The translations under genes were made by a program, and so were the position numbers. Shown here piece after piece: positions 40,330-48,367 of a DNA stretch of 64,000 nt. The DNA lies in the NCBI GenBank assembly GCA_903884375.1, contig CAISER010000025.1:1637-65636 (forward strand). Direction: 5' to 3'. This DNA comes from Candidatus Collierbacteria bacterium. GTDB lineage: Bacteria > Patescibacteriota > Microgenomatia > UBA1400 > MFAQ01. Numbering within the stretch: position 1 is the stretch's first letter; every line of letters begins with the position of its first letter. The notes beneath the pieces are model-generated. The model was not told where the DNA came from. It saw nothing but the letters and a program-made list of their open reading frames with translations, and ran no database searches.

Positions 40330-40668
40330 TTATATTGGCCGAAAGGGGCGAACAGAAGGAGGTGCCGGGGGAGGAACTTCCCCCAAAGAAACATTGGGGC
40401 CTAATACTTCAGTACTGTGAAAATCATAGGTAGAATGATGAGGTGTTTCCTCCGGAATTATTATAGGAGTTCGTGGAAGTTCTGGTTTATCTTGATGAAT
40501 TAAATTATCAGGAATTTTTTTATATTTTTCAGGTATGGAATCAAGAACTTTTTTGACAACCTTACGGCCTTCTTCAGTGCCAAAAAGTAAGGCAGCAATG
40601 ATACCTATAGTGGCTCCCATAGCAAAGGAAGAAAAATGATGATCGGTGGCTTTATTAGATGGAGTCAT
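40330..40668 (-). CDS. small membrane protein (YtxH-like) with Pro-rich C-terminus
   Basis: GATIGIIAALLFGTEEGRKVVKKV resembles the YtxH-type helix. ATG at 40668. Confidence 0.4.
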   Translation of the reverse strand: MTPSNKATDHHFSSFAMGATIGIIAALLFGTEEGRKVVKKVLDSIPEKYKKIPDNLIHQDKPELPRTPIIIPEETPHHSTYDFHSTEVLGPNVSLGEVPPPAPPSVRPFRPI

Positions 40669-40954
40669 TGTTTTCAAGATTTACCGGGGGAGTTGGCTGA
40701 TCTTTACCCAGAAGATGTTGAACCATCTCAACGATTTTGCCTGACTGGCGGAAACCCTCGATGATGGCAAAAAGTCCAACTGCTGGTTGAGAAAGTTTTT
40801 GGAGAGTATCATCGGCAGTGTCGAGAGTGTGATTGATTCTGGTAAGGGAACTTTTCATTTCTTTTAAAACAACTATTAGCTCAATGCCGACGATAACGGC
40901 AACAATAGTCAGTACGGACATAGAGATTAAGGAAACAATTTGGGGCAGTGTCAT
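40655..40954 (-). CDS. small membrane protein (DUF948-like)
   Basis: An N-terminal TM helix followed by a coiled region (LKEMKSSLTRINHTLDTADDTLQKL), as in DUF948 proteins. Confidence 0.4.
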   Translation of the reverse strand: MTLPQIVSLISMSVLTIVAVIVGIELIVVLKEMKSSLTRINHTLDTADDTLQKLSQPAVGLFAIIEGFRQSGKIVEMVQHLLGKDQPTPPVNLENNDSI

Positions 40955-41006
40955 GTATTAATAATAACAAATTTCAAGTAGCAATGATTTAATAACTAAA
41001 AACTCT

Positions 41007-41636
41007 TCAGTTTGAAATAACGGTAAGGGGTAATTCGATAAAAGAGGAACGAGAAAAACGGTTGGTCGTTTTTATTTTTATTATTGTCTCCCCCACCGGA
41101 AGGCTAAGTCTCAACTGAAAGTGGCCATTTTGGTCTGGCTTTACCACATTATCATCATTAATAGTAACTAATGAATCGGTGGAAGTTTCCCCCAGTATTT
41201 CAACAGGAGAGGCTAATACTGTATCTTTTTGGGGTTTGCTTATTTCCAGAGGTGGTGGAGTGAGAATGACCCGAAACTGGAAAGCCAAATAGATAATAAA
41301 AACAACAATACCAAGGATAATAGAGAAAAATTGTGGTGATAATCCAGATAGGATCTTTTTGGATGATCGATTATTATTTTTTAAAAAATTGTTATTATCA
41401 AAATTACGATAATCTCTTCTGAAAATAGCAATGTTTTCTTCGGGGTTGCATCCTAGATTTAAAGAGAGATTTCTGATAAAACCCTTAGCAAAGGTTTCTG
41501 ATGGAAGAAGATCATATTTGTCGGCTTCAAGAGCTTTTATGTATTTAACGTCAATCTTTGTAGCGAGAGATAGCTCTTCAACGGAAATATTTTTTATATT
41601 TCTTTCTTTGTAAAGTAACTGGCCGACTGTTTTCAT
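41007..41636 (-). CDS. RodZ-like helix-turn-helix membrane protein
   Basis: An N-terminal HTH (ISVEELSLATKIDVKYIKALEADKYDLLPSETFAKGFIRN), a central TM helix and a C-terminal beta domain. Confidence 0.6.
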   Translation of the reverse strand: MKTVGQLLYKERNIKNISVEELSLATKIDVKYIKALEADKYDLLPSETFAKGFIRNLSLNLGCNPEENIAIFRRDYRNFDNNNFLKNNNRSSKKILSGLSPQFFSIILGIVVFIIYLAFQFRVILTPPPLEISKPQKDTVLASPVEILGETSTDSLVTINDDNVVKPDQNGHFQLRLSLPVGETIIKIKTTNRFSRSSFIELPLTVISN

Positions 41637-41641
41637 AACAG

Positions 41642-43762
41642 TTATTCTTCCAAAGTTTCGTTTTGGGGCAGATATTCATCAAAACTGCTAACAATAATTT
41701 CACGGGGTTTGTTGCCTTCAGCATGGGCCAAAATACCGGCATTTTCCAACTGGTCGAGGATTCTGGCTGCTCTGGCGTAGCCGACTTCGAGACGCCGTTG
41801 AAGAAGGGAGGCCGAACCCTTGCCTTCGGCGATACAGAGTCTGGCAGCTTCTTCAAATTTTTCGTCAACGTTACCTAAGTCTTGACCATTGGTGGACATG
41901 GTCCCTTTAGTAGAAACATTCCGAGTAATAGTGTCATCAACCTTTGCTTCAACTCCCATGCTCTTTATGTATCTAATTAGGTCGCCAATTTCTCGTTCAG
42001 AAACGAAGGCTCCTTGAATACGTTTGGGTTTGGCAACGTCTGGAGGAATAAATAACATATCGCCTTTACCTAATAGTTTTTCGGCACCTGGTGAGTCAAT
42101 AATGACACGAGAATCGATCATGGAAGTGACTTGGAAAGCAATACGGGCAGGGACATTGGCCTTGATAATACCAGTCAAAACGTTAACTGATGGACGTTGG
42201 GTGGCAAGAACCAAGTGAATACCAACGGCACGAGCCATCTGGGCTAACCTAACAATGCGATTTTCAACTTCCCCGGCATTTTTACTCATCATAATATCGG
42301 CAATTTCATCAATAACAATGACAATATAAGGCATGGATTGAAAGGCTTTACTTTCGTTGTAACCAGCAATATTTTTAACACCAACCTCTTGGAATATTTT
42401 GTAACGAGTTTCCATTTCTTTGACAGCCCAACCAAGAGCGTTGACTACTTTATCAACATCTACAATAACATCGGTAAGAAGATGAGGAATTCCACTGTAA
42501 GGAGTAAGTTCGACACGTTTTGGGTCAACCATGATAAATTTAACTTCTTCAGGAGAAGCACGGAAAAGAATTGAGGCGATAAAGGCATTAATTAAAACGG
42601 ATTTTCCGGAACCTGTAGTTCCGGCTATAAGAACGTGAGGCATTTTGGCTATATCAACAGTACAAGCTGTGCCAGAAACATCAAGACCTAACGAAACCAT
42701 GGTTTTTGATTTACTGCTTTGCATGGCCGGAGAACTTAGCATGTCTCTCAGAGAAACAAATTCAAGTGAGCGATTAGGTATTTCGATACCGACCAAGTCT
42801 CTCCCGGGGATGGGGGCTTCAATACGAATTTGACCTTGGGGAGCTGACAGAGCCAAGGCCAGATCTGATTGAAGTGCGTTTATTTTACTTAGCTTTGTCC
42901 CCATAGCGATAGTGAGAGCATACTGAGTGACTGCAGGACCTTTGTGAACTTCGGAAACTTGAGCTTCAATTGAAAATGATTTCAAAGTATTTTGAATGAT
43001 TTCAATATTTTTGTTGATATCACCACGATCGGCTTTGCCAAGTTTTTGATCAGAGAGAAGATTAATGGGAGGATATTGCCAAATAGTAGCCGTAGCTCCT
43101 TCGAGTAGTGGCTTGGGCGGAAGCTGACTTACTGGTTGAGTCTTGATTTTTGCTTCTTGATGAATAACCGGTGTGGTTGGTGTAAATGTATCCTCTCCAC
43201 CAGTAATTTTGACTGAACCAGGTTTACTAACGAAAACGGTGCCATTTCTTTTTCCTAGAGTTTGAAGTTTATTTCCAGCATCACCAACTTTTTTGGCACC
43301 TTCCTGAATAAAAAGGACTAGGTCTTCGATTGAAGTCTCAAAAAGAATAAATAAACCGATGGCGGTACCGACAACAAAAAAGAGAATGGCTCCAGGTGTT
43401 GAGATCAGAGAAACAATAGAGTCTTTTATACCAACACCAATACTGCCCGAACCTGTAAGACCAGATAACGAAATCATCGTTACAACACTACCCAATAGAA
43501 CATGAGCAGATGCAATGGCTAGTTTAACATGAGTCAACATTAAGCCACCAGAAATAAGAATAAAAGGAATAAAAAGAAGTGGCCAACCGAGTAACCCGCG
43601 GCCAACTTCATTGACCTTGGTTAAAAAGACGCCTTGTTGGGAGAAAGAAATAGCGATTAAACCACCTATTCCCATAATTAGAACGGCCATGATGGAATTC
43701 ATGGTGTCTTTTTTAAGATTTAGTTTGTAAGGTTTTGAACGGCGACCTTTTTTACGAGCCAT
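41642..43762 (-). CDS. ftsK: DNA translocase FtsK/SpoIIIE
   Basis: N-terminal TM helices, Walker A LIAGTTGSGKSVLIN, Walker B VIVIDEIADIM, and the gamma winged-helix ASLLQRRLEVGYARAARILDQLE. Confidence 0.92.
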   Translation of the reverse strand: MARKKGRRSKPYKLNLKKDTMNSIMAVLIMGIGGLIAISFSQQGVFLTKVNEVGRGLLGWPLLFIPFILISGGLMLTHVKLAIASAHVLLGSVVTMISLSGLTGSGSIGVGIKDSIVSLISTPGAILFFVVGTAIGLFILFETSIEDLVLFIQEGAKKVGDAGNKLQTLGKRNGTVFVSKPGSVKITGGEDTFTPTTPVIHQEAKIKTQPVSQLPPKPLLEGATATIWQYPPINLLSDQKLGKADRGDINKNIEIIQNTLKSFSIEAQVSEVHKGPAVTQYALTIAMGTKLSKINALQSDLALALSAPQGQIRIEAPIPGRDLVGIEIPNRSLEFVSLRDMLSSPAMQSSKSKTMVSLGLDVSGTACTVDIAKMPHVLIAGTTGSGKSVLINAFIASILFRASPEEVKFIMVDPKRVELTPYSGIPHLLTDVIVDVDKVVNALGWAVKEMETRYKIFQEVGVKNIAGYNESKAFQSMPYIVIVIDEIADIMMSKNAGEVENRIVRLAQMARAVGIHLVLATQRPSVNVLTGIIKANVPARIAFQVTSMIDSRVIIDSPGAEKLLGKGDMLFIPPDVAKPKRIQGAFVSEREIGDLIRYIKSMGVEAKVDDTITRNVSTKGTMSTNGQDLGNVDEKFEEAARLCIAEGKGSASLLQRRLEVGYARAARILDQLENAGILAHAEGNKPREIIVSSFDEYLPQNETLEE

Positions 43763-43795
43763 ATTTAATCTAAGTATAGCTTAATGAATTAAATT

Positions 43796-45454
43796 TTAAA
43801 CCTCAAGAAGAATGGCTATAACCAGAGGACGTCTTTGGGTATGATCGAAAGCAAATTTCTCAAGTTGGCCTTCAATCTTTTTTCTAATAAATCCCCAATC
43901 TGTAGCTTGACCTTTGAGATCTTTAAGACATGCATAGACATGTTTCCGAGCATCGTTTATCAACTCTTGCGATTCTTTTTGATAAACGAAACCTCTGGAA
44001 ATAATTTCAATATCTCCGGTTACCTGAGAGTTATCTCGACGCATGGGAACAATGGCCAGTAATATGCCGTCGGCGGACATGACTTGTCGGTCTCTTAAAA
44101 CAACCGTTCCAACATCACCAATACCTAAGCCATCTACGTAAACGTTTCTGGTTTCGATTTTGGGACCTTGTTTGACGATTCCTCCTTCCAATACAATGGA
44201 CTGGCCGTCGGAGAGAACAAAAACTTTTTCAGGGTCAAAGTTCATTTCTTTGGCTAGGTCTTTATAAATCATCATGTGACGAAGATTGCCGCCAATAGGA
44301 ATAATGTTTTTGGGTTTTATCAAACGGGCAAGGAGAGTTAAATCACCTCGATATCCATGACCAGAAACATGAAGATTTTCGGAAGTGCCTGAGTATGTTA
44401 CTTGAATACCTCTTTTGTAGAGAGTGTCGAGTAAATCGAAAATGTCACCTTCATTCCCGGGAATAGCATCGGAACTAATGAGTACTTTGTCACCTTTTTT
44501 TAACTTTATCTGAGTATGTTCGTCATTGGCAAGACGATGCATAGCGGAACCAACCTGGCCTTGAGAACCGGAGACAATAACCGTTACTTGGTGTGCGGGA
44601 AGTGTGGAAACTTGCTGACTTTTAATAAATATTCCTTTGGGGATTTTGATAAAACCATTTTTGGCGGCGGCTTCGACATTTTGTTCGACACTACGCCCAA
44701 TGATGGCTACACGACGATGATATTTGGCACTGGCATCGATGGCCATCTGAATACGAGAAATCGAAGAAGACATGGTAGTAAATATCATTTTGCCTTCGGT
44801 GGAGCGAACTTCACTGTCTATGGCTGTGAGTAAAGAACGTTCCGATGGACAGAAGCCGTTTTTTTCAACACGAAGACAGTCGGTAAGCATCAAGTCAACA
44901 CCGTTATTCCCGGCAACGGCCATGGCACCCATATCCGGAGGAAGATTATCTATTGGTGTTAAATCAAACTTAAAATCGGCACCATGATATACGGTTCCGG
45001 CGGGAGTTTTGATGAGAACATGAAAACAGTTGGGGACGGAGTGAGTGATATGAATGAATTCCAAGTGGAAAGGTCCAAGATTTAGAACTCCTTCAACAGG
45101 TGTCATTTTGTTAGTTATGCCAAACTCGCGAACTTTGATTTCGGCAATAGCGATAGCCAATTTGCTTCCATAAACTTCGATGCCTTTAAGACGAGGAAGA
45201 ATGTAAGGCAAACCACCAACATGATCTTGATGGGCGTGGGTTAGAACAATTCCATGAAGCTTTTTATTGGAGTGCTCAAGATAACTAATATCGGGAATAA
45301 CGGCATCGACGCCAAGGGCGTCATCTTTGGGGAAACCCATACCACAATCAATCACAATTTGATCGTTGCCATATTCATATACGTACATATTTTTGGTGAC
45401 GTCACCGACGCCTCCCAAAGGAATAATTTTTAAAGGAATTTTTTTAAAATCCAT
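43796..45454 (-). CDS. rnj: ribonuclease J (metallo-beta-lactamase / beta-CASP)
   Basis: HAHQDHVGG motif, N-terminal IIPLGGVGDVTKNMYVYEY, and HVSGHG. Confidence 0.9.
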   Translation of the reverse strand: MDFKKIPLKIIPLGGVGDVTKNMYVYEYGNDQIVIDCGMGFPKDDALGVDAVIPDISYLEHSNKKLHGIVLTHAHQDHVGGLPYILPRLKGIEVYGSKLAIAIAEIKVREFGITNKMTPVEGVLNLGPFHLEFIHITHSVPNCFHVLIKTPAGTVYHGADFKFDLTPIDNLPPDMGAMAVAGNNGVDLMLTDCLRVEKNGFCPSERSLLTAIDSEVRSTEGKMIFTTMSSSISRIQMAIDASAKYHRRVAIIGRSVEQNVEAAAKNGFIKIPKGIFIKSQQVSTLPAHQVTVIVSGSQGQVGSAMHRLANDEHTQIKLKKGDKVLISSDAIPGNEGDIFDLLDTLYKRGIQVTYSGTSENLHVSGHGYRGDLTLLARLIKPKNIIPIGGNLRHMMIYKDLAKEMNFDPEKVFVLSDGQSIVLEGGIVKQGPKIETRNVYVDGLGIGDVGTVVLRDRQVMSADGILLAIVPMRRDNSQVTGDIEIISRGFVYQKESQELINDARKHVYACLKDLKGQATDWGFIRKKIEGQLEKFAFDHTQRRPLVIAILLEV

Positions 45455-45697
45455 ATTTATTTATTTAATTACTAAACTTTCAACACAGAATCACTGCTTG
45501 AATACGCCACAATAAGGTGGCAAAACTTAATTTATTTTACACTTACTAAGGGGATTGTTTTCGGAACCAAAGCTGCAATAAACTTGGGGTCAAAGATACT
45601 TTTCTTAGTCAAGCCAAAACTTAATATAGGACTATTATACCACAATAATAAATAATTAGTGTTTACATTGAAGAGAAAAAGAGTAAACTATTTTTGA

Positions 45698-47062
45698 ATG
45701 GAAAAATTGGTGAAAGAAAGAGTGATTCGAATATTTAATTTATCAGAGGATGTTTGGCCTTTTATTGAAACGATGGGCAACAAAAAGGCAAGAATGTCGG
45801 AGATTGAGGAAAACGCAAACTTGGCCGACCGTGATTTGTTTTCAATGGCTGAGGAGTTTGAGTTTACCTTTATCACTCCCAAAAAACTGGATCCCCATTT
45901 CGTAAACTACTTTATCAAAGTTTGTATGATGCGGGAAATGGAAGTATTGGTTCCCAAAAAAAATAGTGGACTTATTTGTGAGGATATTTTGGCGGATAAG
46001 GAGATTATGAAGAGGCTTGTTAAACTGGGGAAGAGCTGTAAAAGATTGGTGCTTACCGCCTACTCTACTTCGCCATATTTTTTACACTTGGTTGGCGAGT
46101 TACGGAAAAAGGGAATTGAAGTACGAACACCAGAAGCTCCAGATGAGGCTAATGCTTGGACGGTAAATTTTTACGGAAGCAAATCGGGGATAAGACAACT
46201 GACACAGATAAACGGGGCAATTAGAGCGGACTTGAAAATGCCTAATGGAGTTGTTTCCTCGGGAGTGTTGGACTCTGCAAGGATAGCGGCAAATAAATAT
46301 ATAAAGGAAAATGGAGTAGTAATCAAAACAAACAAAGGCCACTCAGGAATGGGAGTACTTATTTTCCGTAAAGGTGATTTGCCGAAAAAATATCGAGAGT
46401 GTCAGAAAAAAATTATTGAAATATTTAACGGAGACAGTTACTGGGAAAAATTTCCGATCGTGGTGGAGTCTTTGGTAAAACCCAATCCTCGGATCGGAGG
46501 AGGTTTTCCAAATGCGGAGTTTTTGATAAAAAAAGATGGCGAGGTAAAACTTTTGTATTACTGTGGAATGCGAGTAGACGACAAGGGCGTTTTTGGCGGA
46601 GTGGAGATAGGAGAAGAAGTATTGCCTCGTCGTGTGACTTCCAGAATTACCGATATCGGTTATCTAATTGGCGAACAGTATGCCGAAGACGGTTATCGTG
46701 GTTTTTTTGATATTGATTTTATTGCCGGAAAAGGTGGAGAGATATTTGTGAATGAGTCGAATGTAAGAGTCACTGGAGGAACACATGTGTATCAAGCAGC
46801 AGTAGAACTGGCTGGGCGAGAGTTTATGAAGAAAGTCTATGTGTTGTCGAATAATAACTACGATATTCCAAACAAAAAAATCTTTACTTTCGACAGACTT
46901 CATAAACTAATGAAACCGATACTTTTTGACAGAAAAACGCGTGAGGGATTGGTGATTGCATCGTCAAATCTATTGGCAATGGGAAAACTGGCTTACATTA
47001 TTTTTGGAAAAAATAAACGTAGAGCTTTGGCCGTCGAGGAAGAGATGACGAGATTATTATAA
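45698..47062 (+). CDS. ATP-grasp ligase with pre-ATP-grasp domain (PGM1-like peptide-ligase family, tentative)
   Basis: YGSKSGIRQL..., the central strand VVIKTNKGHSGMGVLIF, and the Mg/ATP-site region FFDIDFIAGKGGEIFVNESNVRVTGGTH. One of only four plus-strand genes. Confidence 0.55.
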   Translation: MEKLVKERVIRIFNLSEDVWPFIETMGNKKARMSEIEENANLADRDLFSMAEEFEFTFITPKKLDPHFVNYFIKVCMMREMEVLVPKKNSGLICEDILADKEIMKRLVKLGKSCKRLVLTAYSTSPYFLHLVGELRKKGIEVRTPEAPDEANAWTVNFYGSKSGIRQLTQINGAIRADLKMPNGVVSSGVLDSARIAANKYIKENGVVIKTNKGHSGMGVLIFRKGDLPKKYRECQKKIIEIFNGDSYWEKFPIVVESLVKPNPRIGGGFPNAEFLIKKDGEVKLLYYCGMRVDDKGVFGGVEIGEEVLPRRVTSRITDIGYLIGEQYAEDGYRGFFDIDFIAGKGGEIFVNESNVRVTGGTHVYQAAVELAGREFMKKVYVLSNNNYDIPNKKIFTFDRLHKLMKPILFDRKTREGLVIASSNLLAMGKLAYIIFGKNKRRALAVEEEMTRLL

Positions 47063-47193
47063 ATATAGAATGGACCCCTCTCCCGCTCAACCAGGTTTGT
47101 TACAAAACTGGTTTCGCAATCGTCGCAAATTCCTTATGCTATGTTTTTTATAATCTGCACAAGGCATATTATGAAAAACCGGGAATTTACTCC

Positions 47194-48255
47194 TCACCAC
47201 TTTGGTAGAAATGATTTTATATTTTCGGGCGTGAGAGATATTGTCTTGGCTTGACCGGTAACAATTAATAGAGCAACTTTACGGACAATACCTTCGATCG
47301 TGCGATTTAGGGTACGAATACCGGCGTCGTAACCTAGAGGACGAATAATCATCGGCCAGAGAGCAGGGTCAATGGTAATGATTGAGGGATCCATACCGGC
47401 GGCTTCCAAAGCTTTGGGGAATAGATATTCGAGGGCAATATGAGTTTTTTCATCGTCGGAGTAAGAAGGCATTTGAATTGGTTCCAAACGATCCATAACG
47501 GCGGTCGCTAAATTGCCCGTGTTGTTGGCCGTGGCGATAAACATAACTTCGGAAAGGTCAACGGGGTAATCAATAAAGTGATCGAGAAAACGATTGTTTT
47601 GCGTTGGATCAAGAAGCTCGACCAAAACACCCATAATATCAGCTCTGGCTTCTTCGGTAACACGGTCGATTTCATCCAGAAGAATAATGGGGTTTTTAAC
47701 TCCCGTATCACAAAGAGCTCTGACCACATAACCAGGTTCGGCTTCAAGATGTAGACGAGACTGGCCACGTAAGTCTTTAGCTGAACCCAAACCTCCAAAA
47801 GGAATACGGGCAATGGGGCGGCCAAGCGCTTCAGAGAGGGCATAAGCAAAAGTAGTTTTACCGGTACCAACAAGACCAACTAAGCAAACAATCGGAGCTC
47901 TCCCCGCTCCAAGGTTTCTGGTGGTACGGAGTTTTAAGATAGACATATATTCAAGAATTCGTTCCTTGACCTCGTTCATGCCGTAGTGATTTTTATCAAG
48001 TGTGGCCTTGATAGCAGTTAAGTCAATCGGGCGTTCGACTCTTTTTGTCCAAGGAACTTTGGCAACCCAAGAAATATAGTGGCTGATTTTTTCGTATTCT
48101 TCAGAAAAAAATCCTTGGGTGGAAAGACGCTCGAGACGAGCAATCATATCAAGAGTATTTTCTTTTAACTCTGGGGGTGTTTCGATACTTTCAATTTTTT
48201 GACGAAGATCATCAAGAAGAGTATTGGCTTTTGTGGTGATTGGAGCAGGATCCAT
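47194..48255 (-). CDS. stand-alone Lon-type AAA+ ATPase module (no LAN N-domain, no protease domain)
   Basis: Collinear with the Lon ATPase region: VPWTKR, HYGMNEVKERILEYM, Walker A GLVGTGKTT, Walker B IILLDEIDR, FIATAN, MDRLE and YDAGIRTL. The ORF stops (…SFLPKW) where Lon proteins continue into the Ser-Lys peptidase domain. Confidence 0.75.
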   Translation of the reverse strand: MDPAPITTKANTLLDDLRQKIESIETPPELKENTLDMIARLERLSTQGFFSEEYEKISHYISWVAKVPWTKRVERPIDLTAIKATLDKNHYGMNEVKERILEYMSILKLRTTRNLGAGRAPIVCLVGLVGTGKTTFAYALSEALGRPIARIPFGGLGSAKDLRGQSRLHLEAEPGYVVRALCDTGVKNPIILLDEIDRVTEEARADIMGVLVELLDPTQNNRFLDHFIDYPVDLSEVMFIATANNTGNLATAVMDRLEPIQMPSYSDDEKTHIALEYLFPKALEAAGMDPSIITIDPALWPMIIRPLGYDAGIRTLNRTIEGIVRKVALLIVTGQAKTISLTPENIKSFLPKW

Positions 48256-48367
48256 AGTTTCATTATATCCGTTTTAAAAAATACTTAGATCAGAATAAAT
48301 CACACACTCTATCTAAGAAAAGGATCTTTATCGAGGATATTATTAAATAGGGCTGCTGTTAATTTTA

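Noticed and set aside
47089-47113. An interrupted hairpin AACCAGGTTTG-TTA-CAAAACTGGTT between the convergent ATP-grasp and Lon-like genes, considered as a bidirectional terminator.
   Set aside because: No U-tract follows on either strand and the stem has a mismatch, so I did not list it as a terminator. It may still act as an RNA-stabilising or termination element.
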